Origin: Sumerlaeia bacterium
Lineage (GTDB): Bacteria > Sumerlaeota > Sumerlaeia > SLMS01 > JAHLLQ01
Reading direction: 5' to 3'
Assembly: GCA_040219255.1 (NCBI GenBank)
Contig: JAVJSW010000031.1
Span: 1 to 64,000, forward strand
Length of the DNA stretch: 64,000 nucleotides
The translations under genes were made by a program, and so were the position numbers. Every line of letters begins with the position of its first letter. The stretch's first letter is position 1. The notes below the pieces were generated by a model. That model made no database searches. It was not told the DNA's origin and worked only from the letters and a program-made list of their open reading frames with translations. This document shows, in pieces, positions 1 through 9,462 of this stretch.

Positions 1-61
1 GGCTGGTAAGTAGAAAAGCACGCTCGGCGCGGCCGAGCAAGCTCTTGCCTGCGGAGGGGAA

Positions 62-115
62 AAAGTGTTACCGATGTCTCCGGTACAAAGTGTCACCCCT
101 CTGCCCGGTCGTACA
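62..115 (+). mobile_element. IS481-family right end remnant
   Basis: AAGTGTTACCGATGTCTCCGGTACA-AAGTGTCACCCCTCTGCCCGGTCGTACA: two tandem imperfect repeats ending in TACA. It reads KVLPMSPVQSVT, resembling the C-terminus/IRR of IS481 transposases as I recall them. Confidence 0.6.
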
Positions 116-141
116 CCGCACCGCCGCCCCCTGATGCCCCC

Positions 142-696
142 CTACGTAAGAAGAGGCGGGATCAGCCGCCTCAAGGCCGTGTGGACGATCTCATCAAGCT
201 CTAAGCGGCCCTTCAGCAGGTCCACCCCCTCGCAACCTTCCCGGATAAGGTCAGCGATCTGGCTTGCGTATGGCTCGCGGCAAACTTCGGGATGTTCTTC
301 TGGAAGCCAGTCCAAGCTGCTGGCGACAAACGCCTCCAGAAGTTGTTCATCCAGATCAGTCGCAACAACGCCATGCGCATCGCGCAGGAAGTAGCTTGCA
401 TAGCATCCCGAGATGCAGACCAGCGTCCTCTCTCTCACCTGCCACAACCCCACAGAAGAGTCGAAGAGCTCAAAGTTGACGGCAGGGCGATGGTCTGGGC
501 ACCTCCGCCTCCACGGCGCATCTGAAGCATCCTTATCTCCCAAGATGAGCGCTTCAGGGGTCTTGCCGTCCGCTGCGACCAGCATATCCCTCGCTCCGAA
601 GGACCTGGGAGAATCGTACATAGCCTCCAAGACTGGCGCATCTCCTTCTTCAACGATCCACCACTGCATACCTTCTTCAGCAACAAAGTCGTCCAT
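142..696 (-). CDS. hypothetical acidic protein
   Basis: 184-aa ORF with a GAGG RBS-like sequence upstream. No family recognised. Confidence 0.55.
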   Translation of the reverse strand: MDDFVAEEGMQWWIVEEGDAPVLEAMYDSPRSFGARDMLVAADGKTPEALILGDKDASDAPWRRRCPDHRPAVNFELFDSSVGLWQVRERTLVCISGCYASYFLRDAHGVVATDLDEQLLEAFVASSLDWLPEEHPEVCREPYASQIADLIREGCEGVDLLKGRLELDEIVHTALRRLIPPLLT

Positions 697-767
697 GTTC
701 GTATCCTCTAGATGAAGTTCATGCCGCTCACCATGAGCAGCAACTTCATCATACGACGCGCCGGAGG

Positions 768-923
768 ATGATGTTCGCGGGAAGGTATCTCGTGAAGGAG
801 GGCCTCGGCATCAATGCGATCGCACGAAGGCTCAACGAGGAAGGACTACCAAGCCGGAGAGGCCGCAGGTGGTATGGCACGACGGTTACGCTGGTGCTCA
901 ACAGGTTGGGTGGAGGACCGTGA
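768..923 (+). pseudogene. serine recombinase C-terminal (Recombinase-domain) remnant
   Basis: Translates KEGLGINAIARRLNEEGLPSRRGRRWYGTTVTLVLNR, nearly the same as the C-terminus of 11988..12317. Not in the ORF track. Confidence 0.8.
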
Positions 924-975
924 TTCTACTTCACCCTTGCTTGCGATGCCTCATCTTTGCAACCTTCTCTTCGCT

Positions 976-1284
976 ATGCGCCTGTTCGACCTGCTCCCAT
1001 CCCTCCTACGCCGTCTCCCCGCCCTCTTGCTGGTGGGGATGTTCGTGTTGATGGCGACTGGCGTAGTTCACGGGACATGCACCGATGGTGACGGAGAACC
1101 TGAGCAGACCGAGCATGTGGTGATCTGTAAGTGCGCCTGTCATCATCACCTTTACGTGCCGGACACTAAGGTGGCTCGCGTTTCCTTCGAGATCGCGCCT
1201 TCGCAGCTTATCGTTGAGCCCGCCTTCCGGCTCCCTGACGCCGAACCTTCCGGCATCTTCCGACCACCTAAACATCTCGTCTGA
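976..1284 (+). CDS. small exported Cys/His protein with C-terminal RPP motif (CzcI/DUF2946-like uORF)
   Basis: Signal-like N-terminus, CKCACHHH metal motif and terminal IFRPPKHLV. Lies just upstream of the czcC-like gene. Confidence 0.7.
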   Translation: MRLFDLLPSLLRRLPALLLVGMFVLMATGVVHGTCTDGDGEPEQTEHVVICKCACHHHLYVPDTKVARVSFEIAPSQLIVEPAFRLPDAEPSGIFRPPKHLV

Positions 1285-1364
1285 GTGACCTTCGCGGGAG
1301 ACGTATGTCTTCCGCCCGGCGGGCCCTTCTTGGGCCGCCGCATCACTTTTGACGAGGTACTTCT

Positions 1365-2747
1365 ATGGATACCCCTCTGCTGAGGGCGGCCCTTCTGCGG
1401 GCTGCTCCTCGCTTGTGCATGATCGCGGGGCTGGCGTTCTTCACTGGATGCGCCAGCTATTCGCGGAAACCGCTTCTGGAAGATGAGTTTCAGCAGGTGC
1501 TGGAACGGCGTTCACCAGTTGAGAACACCATTGTCCAGGGCGTCTCTGTCGATGCCTATGGACCGGATGATGGTCTCACGCTCGAAGAAGCTGAACTGCT
1601 CGCGCTCTACCTGAACCCGCGTCTGCGATCCGCTCGGCGGGACGCGCAGGTGCTTTCGGCGTCGGCCCGCTACGCCAATCTTTGGCAGGACCCAGAGATC
1701 GGAGCCGACGCCCTTCGCATCCTGGAGGATGTGGAGGAATCCTGGATCGCTGGGGCTTCTCTCTCCTTTACCATTCCCATATCCGGGCGGCTCTCAGTCG
1801 CAAAGGACCAGTCGAAAGCCGAAGCTCGCGCCGCCATCGTGGAGGCCTGGACGGAGGAGCAGCAGGTGCTGCTGGAACTTCGCCAGACGTGGGCCGAGTG
1901 GGAGGCCGCGACGGAGACGCTTTCTGTGAACCGTAGTCTCTATGGCGATCTCCAGCGTCTCGTAGAACTGACGAACCGGCGCGAGGAACTGGGGGAGTTG
2001 ATCGCTGCCGAGGCTGTGGCCTTTCGTCTGGCGGAAGCACGGCTGCGTTTGGCCATCGAACAGATCGAGGCCGAGAAAGCGCAGGCGCGGCTTCGCGTGA
2101 TCGATCTCCTCGGGCTGCTGCCGGGAGCCGACGTGGCGCTCGTTCCTGACGAGGCACATGCGCCTGCGAGCGCTGACGGGCCGGATGTCGTCTACCAGCG
2201 GTCCCCGCAAGTGCTCCTGGCCGCTGCTCGCTATCACGCAGCGGAAGAGCGGCTGCGCCTGGAAGTTCGGAAGCAGTACCCGGACATCAACCTTGGGCCG
2301 CTCTACGGGTACGAAGAGGGCATGAGTCGCCTCGGACTCGGCTTTTCCATCCCGATCCCCATCCTGAACGCAAATCGCCAAGGCATTGCCGAAGCGGATG
2401 CCGCCCGCGAAGCCGCCCGCGCCGAATGGGAGCAGGCGGTGCAGGAGGCTCTGTCCGCGAAGGCGCAGGCAGAGGCGGCGCTGGCCGCAGCTCAGCAACG
2501 CGTGGCAACGCTTGAGGAAACAATCGTTCCGCTGGCTGCCCAACAGATCGATCAGGCTCGCCAGCTTGCCGAACTCGGTGAGTTGAACACCTTGCTGATC
2601 CTGGAGGCGCTTCAGGCGGAACGCGAGGCTGAACTCGACCTGATCGACGCTCAGGCGGACGTCCAAACCGCAGCAGTGCAGCTTCGCTTCGTTGTCCCCG
2701 ATGAAGCGCCAGCCTTTGTACCTGAAGCAGACGAGGCCGCGCCATGA
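1365..2747 (+). CDS. czcC: TolC/CzcC-family outer membrane efflux protein
   Basis: Lipobox FTGC, two OEP repeats (YPDINLG...SIPIPILNANRQGI), first gene of a CBA operon. Confidence 0.88.
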   Translation: MDTPLLRAALLRAAPRLCMIAGLAFFTGCASYSRKPLLEDEFQQVLERRSPVENTIVQGVSVDAYGPDDGLTLEEAELLALYLNPRLRSARRDAQVLSASARYANLWQDPEIGADALRILEDVEESWIAGASLSFTIPISGRLSVAKDQSKAEARAAIVEAWTEEQQVLLELRQTWAEWEAATETLSVNRSLYGDLQRLVELTNRREELGELIAAEAVAFRLAEARLRLAIEQIEAEKAQARLRVIDLLGLLPGADVALVPDEAHAPASADGPDVVYQRSPQVLLAAARYHAAEERLRLEVRKQYPDINLGPLYGYEEGMSRLGLGFSIPIPILNANRQGIAEADAAREAARAEWEQAVQEALSAKAQAEAALAAAQQRVATLEETIVPLAAQQIDQARQLAELGELNTLLILEALQAEREAELDLIDAQADVQTAAVQLRFVVPDEAPAFVPEADEAAP

Positions 2748-4321
2748 GCAAGCTTTCGATTATTGACATGAACTCGACCGACTACCGGAGTAGACCGACG
2801 ATGAAGACGATGACAACGGCGTTGAGCGCCCTGCTCCTGGCGGGAGTGCTCACGGGTTTCCCATCCCGCGCTTACAGCCAGGACGATCATGCAGGCCACG
2901 ACCACGACGAACATGGGCACGAAGCAGGAGCACACGGACCAGAACCCGCAGAAGAAGCCCATGATAATCACGAAGGCCACGACGATCACGCGGGGCATGG
3001 TGAAGAAGAGGAAGGCCACACCGATGAGGTAACGCTTTCCGAAGAAGCGATCCGCCGCTTTGGGATCACTACGGCGCGGGCAGAGCGTCGCAGCCTGACC
3101 GGAACGACGACCGTGCCTGCTCGCGTCAGCTATAACACAGAAGCCATGGCGCACATCGGGACTCAGGTGCAGGGGCGCGTGCAAACGATCGCCGTGCGCC
3201 TCGGGGATGAGGTGAAGGAAGGGCAGCTTCTCCTACTGATCGACAGCCCGGAGCTCGGCGCCGCGCAGAGCGCGTACCTCCAGAAGGACGCCGCTGTGGA
3301 TGCTGCGCGAATCAATGTAGAAGCTGCTGAGGCGCTGGTCGGAGTCGCCCGCACGGCCTTCGAGCGGGCGGAGACGCTGCGCGAATCAAACGGCATCTCG
3401 ATCACGGAGTTCCTGGAGCGCCAGGGGGCTTTGCGCGAGGCCGAGGCAAACGTGCGCCGGGCCCAGGCGGCTCTCCGCGTGGCGGAGTCAGAAAGGCTCG
3501 CCGCCGAGAACCAGCTCCACATCTACGGATACGACCACGCGGGATGCGAGGCGCTGCTCGCGAGCGGAGAGATTGATACGAGCTATGAAGTCCACGCCCC
3601 GATCTCCGGGCGTGTCATCGAACGCGAGGTTACGCCTGGCGAAGTGGTGGACCCCTCCGACGAAGCACTGATGGTGCTGGCAAACATGTCGGAACTATGG
3701 GTGCTTGGCGACGTGCCGGAGCGCCATGTGGGACGGGTTGCCGTCGGAACGCCCGCTCGGGTCACGGTGGGGGCGTTGCCGGACTTGGCGTTCGAGGGCA
3801 TCGTATCCTACATCGCCCCGCAGCTCGATCCGCGTACGCGGACGGCGTCTGTTCGCATCGTGGTGCCTTCCGGCGCAGCGAACGCGGAGGAAGCGGAGCA
3901 TGCCCACGAAGAGCATGCTCATGACGAACATGACCACGCTGGCCACGATCATGGAGAACAGGAACACGAGCACGAAGCCGAGGAGAAGGCTCAAGCGCCG
4001 TCCAGCCCGCTGCTGAAGCCGGGCATGTTCGGCCAGGTGGAGCTATCCCTGACAGCGATGCCGGATCAGCACGGCCAGCCCATCGTCGCCGTTCCCGAGG
4101 ATGTCATCCAGGACGTCGAGGGCGGTCCTGCCATCTTCGTTCCCGTCGAGGGAGAACCGAACACCTTCGCGATGCGCCCCATCCGCACCGGGGCTCGCGT
4201 AGGCCGCTGGGTGCCGGTTCTCTCCGGTTTGAGCGAGGGCGAAGAGTATGTCGCCAGCCAGACCTTCATCCTGAAGGCAGAACTTGGGAAAGCGGGCGCC
4301 GAGCATGCACACTCCCACTAA
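2744..4321 (+). CDS. czcB: RND periplasmic adaptor (CzcB-like) with two His-rich tracts; start may be 2801
   Basis: MFP motifs (GRVQTIAVRLGDEVKEGQ, APISGRVIER, LKPGMF), HDHDEH tracts, C-terminal HAHSH. Confidence 0.9.
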   Translation: MSKLSIIDMNSTDYRSRPTMKTMTTALSALLLAGVLTGFPSRAYSQDDHAGHDHDEHGHEAGAHGPEPAEEAHDNHEGHDDHAGHGEEEEGHTDEVTLSEEAIRRFGITTARAERRSLTGTTTVPARVSYNTEAMAHIGTQVQGRVQTIAVRLGDEVKEGQLLLLIDSPELGAAQSAYLQKDAAVDAARINVEAAEALVGVARTAFERAETLRESNGISITEFLERQGALREAEANVRRAQAALRVAESERLAAENQLHIYGYDHAGCEALLASGEIDTSYEVHAPISGRVIEREVTPGEVVDPSDEALMVLANMSELWVLGDVPERHVGRVAVGTPARVTVGALPDLAFEGIVSYIAPQLDPRTRTASVRIVVPSGAANAEEAEHAHEEHAHDEHDHAGHDHGEQEHEHEAEEKAQAPSSPLLKPGMFGQVELSLTAMPDQHGQPIVAVPEDVIQDVEGGPAIFVPVEGEPNTFAMRPIRTGARVGRWVPVLSGLSEGEEYVASQTFILKAELGKAGAEHAHSH

Positions 4322-7300
4322 GCACCCGACCGAAGACATCTTCGAGCAGCGCGGGCCGAACCTCTTCGAGAAGATCCTGCGCTTCTCCATCCAGCATCGC
4401 TTCCTGATCCTGCTGCTGACGATCGGCGTCGGCGTACTCGGGTTCTTCTCGTTGCAGCGCCTGCCCATCGACGCGGTTCCCGACATCACGAACAAGCAGG
4501 TGCAGATCAACACGCTCGCTCCTTCGCTTGGGCCAACGGAGATCGAGACCCAGGTCACCTTCCCTGTGGAAACCGCGCTGGCGGGCATCGCGGGGCTGGA
4601 CTACACGCGTTCCCTCTCACGCAACGGTTTCTCACAGGTGACCGCTGTCTTCGATGAGGACGTGGACATCTACTGGGCTCGCCAGCAAGTCGCCGAACGT
4701 CTCGGTGCCGTTGGTGAGGAACTGCCCATGGGAGCGAACCCAGCCATGGGCCCGCTCACGACTGGCCTCGGCGAGGTGTACTCCTTCTCCATCGAGTACG
4801 AGGAGCCGGAGGACATATCACCTGTTGAGGGCGAGCCAGGCTGGCAGCCCGACGGGAGTTACCTTACTCCGGAAGGCGAAGTCCTGCGCACGCACGTGGA
4901 GAAGGCCGCCTACCTGCGCACGATCATGGAATGGGTTGTGGTCCCCCAGCATGTTCTCGTGGACGGCATCGCAAGCGTTGATGTGATCGGTGGCTATCAG
5001 AAGCAGTATCATGTGCAGCCCGACCCGGCGCAGCTCACGCGGTACAACCTGACGTTTCACGACGTGATGGAGGCGCTGGAGCGCAACAACATCAGCACCG
5101 GCGCGGGTTTCATCGAACACAAGGGCAACCAGTACATCGTCAAGTCCGACAGCCGCGTCTCCAGCATCCCGGAGATCGAAGCCATCAAGGTGGGCGATCA
5201 CACCGGCACGCCCATCTTCATCCGCGACATCGCGAACGTACTGATCGGTGAGGAACTTCGCACCGGCGCAGCCAGCGAAGACGGTCACGAAGTCGTCATT
5301 GGAACAACGATGATGATTCCCGGCGAAAACAGCCGCACGGTTGCCATCGCTGTCGGACAGAAGATGGACGACGTGCGTCGCAGCCTGCCTCCTGGCCTGC
5401 AAGCGCGTGAATTGATCGATCGATCCGAATTGGTCGACGCAACGATTCATACCGTGACGACAAACCTGACCGAAGGGGCTCTGCTGGTCATCGTGGTGCT
5501 GTTCCTGATGCTGGGAAACTTCCGTGCGGCGTTGATCACGGCCCTGGCGATTCCCCTGTCCATGCTGATGGCGGCTACTGCTATGGTCCAGTCGGGCATC
5601 AGCGGCAATCTGATGAGCCTGGGCGCGATCGACTTCGGCATTATCGTCGATGGGTCGGTCATCATCGTTGAGAACTGCATCCGCCATCTCGCCGAGGAAC
5701 AACAGCGGCTCGGACGCAAACTCACGCTGAAGGAGCGTCTCCACACGGTCTTCTACGCCGCGAAGGAAGTTCGACAGGCCACCATGTTTGGCGAGGCCAT
5801 CATCATCACGGTCTACCTTCCGATCCTGGCACTGACCGGAGTCGAAGGGAAGATGTTCCATCCGATGGCGTTGACGGTGATCTTCGCGCTGACCGCCGCC
5901 TTCGTTCTCTCGCTGACGTTCGTGCCCGCTGCGATCGCGATCTTCATGACTGGCAAAGTGAAGGAGAAGGAAAACTGGATCATTCGCATCAGCAAGGCGA
6001 TCTACGCGCCCGTGCTCGACTTTGCCTTGAGGCTTCGATGGCTCGTGATTGGCGGGGCGACGGCGGCATTCGCCGCTTCCCTGCTGCTGTTCGGACAACT
6101 CGGCACCACCTTCATCCCGACGCTTGATGAGGGGAACCTTGCCGTCCAGTCGCTCCGCATCCCCAGCACAGGCCTCGGCCAGTCGATGGAGCTTCAGTTT
6201 GCCGTCGAAGAAGCGATCGCCGGACTTCCTGAAGTGGAACTGATCTTCTCCAAAACCGGCACGACCGAAGTGGCCTTCGACCCCATGCCACCGAACATCT
6301 CCGACGGTTTTGTCATCCTGACGGACCGCGAAACATGGCCGGACCCGGACATGTCTCGCGATGAACTCTACGAGAAGATCGAAGCCGCTACGGCCCACCT
6401 GCCCGGCCAGATCTACGAGAACAGCCAGCCGATCCAGCTCCGCTTCAACGAACTGCTCTCCGGTGTTCGCGGAGACCTGGCAATCAAGGTCTACGGCGAC
6501 GACTTTGACGAGATGGTCACCACGGCCAACGAGATCGCCGCTGTCGTGCAGGAGATCCCTGGCGCGGCGGACGTGAAGGTGGAGCAGACCAGCGGCCTGC
6601 CGATCATGGACATCGACATCGACCGCGAAGCTGCCGCCCGTTTCGGGCTCTCCATGGCGGACGTCCAGGAAGTAATCGCTATCGCCGTCGGCGGGCGCGA
6701 AGCCGGGACTGTGTTCGAGGGTGATCGGCGCTTCCCGCTGATGGTGCGCCTGCCGGAAAGCATCCGTGGCGACATCACCACGCTGGAGGACTTGCCCATA
6801 CCCCTTCCAGCGGAGGACGACGACGCCATGCAGTTCGCCTCGCTCGATCCGGTCTCGATGGCCTCCGGTGCGCCACCGTTCGTGCCTCTCGGCTCCATCG
6901 CGACCATCACGGTGAGCGAAGGCCCCAACCAGGTCAGCCGTGAGAACGGCAAACGCCGCGTGACCGTCTCGGCAAACGTTCGCGGGCGTGACCTTGGCGG
7001 TTTCGTCGAAGAAGTACAGGATCGCGTACGCGAGGAAGTAGCGATTCCTGCTGGCTCGTGGGTCGACTACGGCGGAGCGTTCGAGAATCTGCTCCGCGCC
7101 CGCGAGCGTCTCGCCATCGTGGTGCCCGTCTGCTTCTTCCTTATCTTCCTGCTGCTCTTCACCACGTTCAACTCGGTGCGTTACGCGCTGCTCGTCTTCA
7201 CCGGCGTGCCTCTCGGACTGACCGGCGGGATCGTGGCCCTCTACCTTCGCGGCATCGAGTTCAGCATCTCCGCCGCCGTCGGCTTCATCGCGCTGAGCGG

Positions 7301-7652
7301 CGTCGCGGTGCTGAACGGCCTCGTCATGGTGAGCTACATCAACCACCTGCGGGCCGAAGGCATGCCTCTCGAAGAAGCGATCCGAAAGGGCGCGATGACA
7401 CGCCTCCGTCCCGTACTCATGACGGCTCTCGTTGCGAGCCTCGGCTTCGTCCCTATGGCGCTGTCGACCACGGCAGGAGCAGAAGTCCAACGCCCCCTCG
7501 CCACCGTCGTCATCGGTGGCCTGGTCTCTGCAACGTTCCTTACCCTGCTGGTGCTTCCCGCGCTCTACCGCGTTTGGCACCGCAAGAACGAGGATCTGCT
7601 GCATCGCGAAGATCCAGAGCACCTCGCGACGGCGGAAACAAAGGTGGACTGA
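4305..7652 (+). CDS. czcA: heavy-metal RND permease CzcA/CusA family
   Basis: LPIDAVPDIT, MSLGAIDFGIIVDG, RLRPVLMTALVASLGFVPMA, GAEVQRPLATVVIGG. Confidence 0.95.
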   Translation: MHTPTKHPTEDIFEQRGPNLFEKILRFSIQHRFLILLLTIGVGVLGFFSLQRLPIDAVPDITNKQVQINTLAPSLGPTEIETQVTFPVETALAGIAGLDYTRSLSRNGFSQVTAVFDEDVDIYWARQQVAERLGAVGEELPMGANPAMGPLTTGLGEVYSFSIEYEEPEDISPVEGEPGWQPDGSYLTPEGEVLRTHVEKAAYLRTIMEWVVVPQHVLVDGIASVDVIGGYQKQYHVQPDPAQLTRYNLTFHDVMEALERNNISTGAGFIEHKGNQYIVKSDSRVSSIPEIEAIKVGDHTGTPIFIRDIANVLIGEELRTGAASEDGHEVVIGTTMMIPGENSRTVAIAVGQKMDDVRRSLPPGLQARELIDRSELVDATIHTVTTNLTEGALLVIVVLFLMLGNFRAALITALAIPLSMLMAATAMVQSGISGNLMSLGAIDFGIIVDGSVIIVENCIRHLAEEQQRLGRKLTLKERLHTVFYAAKEVRQATMFGEAIIITVYLPILALTGVEGKMFHPMALTVIFALTAAFVLSLTFVPAAIAIFMTGKVKEKENWIIRISKAIYAPVLDFALRLRWLVIGGATAAFAASLLLFGQLGTTFIPTLDEGNLAVQSLRIPSTGLGQSMELQFAVEEAIAGLPEVELIFSKTGTTEVAFDPMPPNISDGFVILTDRETWPDPDMSRDELYEKIEAATAHLPGQIYENSQPIQLRFNELLSGVRGDLAIKVYGDDFDEMVTTANEIAAVVQEIPGAADVKVEQTSGLPIMDIDIDREAAARFGLSMADVQEVIAIAVGGREAGTVFEGDRRFPLMVRLPESIRGDITTLEDLPIPLPAEDDDAMQFASLDPVSMASGAPPFVPLGSIATITVSEGPNQVSRENGKRRVTVSANVRGRDLGGFVEEVQDRVREEVAIPAGSWVDYGGAFENLLRARERLAIVVPVCFFLIFLLLFTTFNSVRYALLVFTGVPLGLTGGIVALYLRGIEFSISAAVGFIALSGVAVLNGLVMVSYINHLRAEGMPLEEAIRKGAMTRLRPVLMTALVASLGFVPMALSTTAGAEVQRPLATVVIGGLVSATFLTLLVLPALYRVWHRKNEDLLHREDPEHLATAETKVD

Positions 7653-8458
7653 TGAAGGCTAAGATGGGGAAGACTGCACTTATATCCGGAGCCTCTCGCG
7701 GCATGGGAGAGGAGTTTGCCCGCCAGCTTGCTCAGCAAGGTTGGCGGGTGGTCCTCGCGGCCCGTAGTGAGCAGCGTCTCAGCGAGGTCGTTTGCTCACT
7801 GCCGGAGAGGGTTGGCCTTCCTCTTCCTCATCTTGTTCTACCTGCTGATCTCACCCTCGCCAGTGAGCGCTCGCTTCTCCAGGAGCGACTTCAGGAGAAC
7901 GGTATCAGGATCGACCTTCTGATCAACAACGCCGGGAGCGGGGACCTCGGTCTCTTCGTCGATCAGCCTGCCGAGAAGCTACAGCAGACGGTTCAGCTCA
8001 ACATCGAAGCAGCAACAGATCTGACTCGGGCGCTCCTTCCTTCCATGATCGAGCGCGGCAAGGGTCGCATCCTCATCACCGCCGGGACGGGAGCCTGTAT
8101 CCCTGTGCCCGGTTTCGTGGTCTACGCCGCCGCCGAAAGCTACTTGTGGAGCTTCGGCCTCGCTCTACGAGAAGAGGTCTCGTCGATGGGCGTGCGGGTC
8201 TCCGTGCTCTCTCCCGGCATAACGAAGAGCAGCTTCTTCACGGAAGATGAGCTTCATCGTCTGCCTTGGATCGTACGCCAGACGATGATGGAACCCAAAG
8301 AAGTGGTCACCGCCGCGATCCAGGGACTACGCCGAAACCAGGCGGAGATAGTCCCCGGCCTCCTCAACAAGCTCAACGTCTGCACCGGGCGTCACCTGCC
8401 GATCAGCCTTAGAAGCAAGATCGCCGGATGGATGCTCGGCCACCAACCGCGAAAGTGA
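7652..8458 (+). CDS. short-chain dehydrogenase/reductase (degenerate YxxxK)
   Basis: SGASRGMG and LINNAG present, but the catalytic motif reads YAAAE. ATG overlaps the czcA stop (TGATG). Confidence 0.8.
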   Translation: MKAKMGKTALISGASRGMGEEFARQLAQQGWRVVLAARSEQRLSEVVCSLPERVGLPLPHLVLPADLTLASERSLLQERLQENGIRIDLLINNAGSGDLGLFVDQPAEKLQQTVQLNIEAATDLTRALLPSMIERGKGRILITAGTGACIPVPGFVVYAAAESYLWSFGLALREEVSSMGVRVSVLSPGITKSSFFTEDELHRLPWIVRQTMMEPKEVVTAAIQGLRRNQAEIVPGLLNKLNVCTGRHLPISLRSKIAGWMLGHQPRK

Positions 8459-8467
8459 AGGAACAAC

Positions 8468-9388
8468 ATGGCACATGATCATAGCCACGGCCATCAACAC
8501 TCCACCGAAGGCATGAGCGACTCGCGCCTCCTCTGGGCGATCGTGGCGAACGTGCTCCTCACCGTGGCGCAGATCGTTGGCGGGGTGATCTCCAACAGCC
8601 TCGCTCTCATCGCCGATGCCCTGCACAACCTCAACGATGCCGCTTCGCTTGTGCTGGCGCTCGTGGCGCGAAGGATTGGGCGACGGCCCCCGGACAAGAT
8701 GCGCACCTTTGGGTACAGGAAAGCTCCGGTCGTCGGGGCGCTCATCAACCTGACCACGCTGATCATCGTCGGCCTCTACCTCATCTACGAGGCGATCATG
8801 CGCTTCTTCAAGCAGCCCGACGTCGGCGGCTGGATCATCGTCATCGTCGCGGGGATCGCGCTGCTGGTAGACATCGCGACGGCTCTTCTCACCTACGCCG
8901 GATCGAAGGAGAGCATGAACATCAAGGCGGCCTTCATCCACAACTTCTCCGATGCTCTCGCGTCTGTTGGCGTCATCGTCGCCGGAACGCTCATCATCCT
9001 GTTCGAGTGGTACTGGACGGACCTCGTCGTCACGCTCGCGATCTCGGCCTACATCCTCTACCAGGGCACCACGATGATCGGCGGCGCGATCCGCGTGCTC
9101 ATGGACTCCGCGCCCAAGGACTTTGACCTCGCCCGCATGGTCGAGGACGTGATGGCCATCAACCGAGTGCGCGACATCCACCACGTTCATGTCTGGCACC
9201 TGGATGAAGAACGGGTCGCACTCGAAGCCCACGTTCTCGTCGACACCGACGCCACCATGCCGCAGGTCGAAGAGGTGAAGAAGCAGATCAAGGCCGTCCT
9301 CCGCGAGCACTACCACATCGACCACGCCACTCTGGAGTTCGAGGCCAGCGAAGCCGACGAACACGATACGCGGCTGCTGGTGGGTTAG
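8468..9388 (+). CDS. czcD: cation diffusion facilitator (CzcD/ZitB)
   Basis: SLALIADALHNLND, HNFSDAL, His-rich N-terminus, HHVHVW and HATLEFE C-terminal domain. Confidence 0.92.
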   Translation: MAHDHSHGHQHSTEGMSDSRLLWAIVANVLLTVAQIVGGVISNSLALIADALHNLNDAASLVLALVARRIGRRPPDKMRTFGYRKAPVVGALINLTTLIIVGLYLIYEAIMRFFKQPDVGGWIIVIVAGIALLVDIATALLTYAGSKESMNIKAAFIHNFSDALASVGVIVAGTLIILFEWYWTDLVVTLAISAYILYQGTTMIGGAIRVLMDSAPKDFDLARMVEDVMAINRVRDIHHVHVWHLDEERVALEAHVLVDTDATMPQVEEVKKQIKAVLREHYHIDHATLEFEASEADEHDTRLLVG

Positions 9389-9462
9389 GGTTCGTTTGTC
9401 TCATGTTGGGGAGATGCTAAACTCCCCGTGCTATGTGCGCCCTGCTCAGTAAGGACAGGAAG

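Noticed and set aside
4818-7622. Long antisense ORFs (also 23531..26230, 37491..38816, 50695..51852, 57622..59361)
   Set aside because: Shadows of well-supported genes caused by high-GC codon bias.
7058-7651. N-terminal extension of the SDR ORF
   Set aside because: Overlaps czcA in another frame. The real start is most likely 7652.
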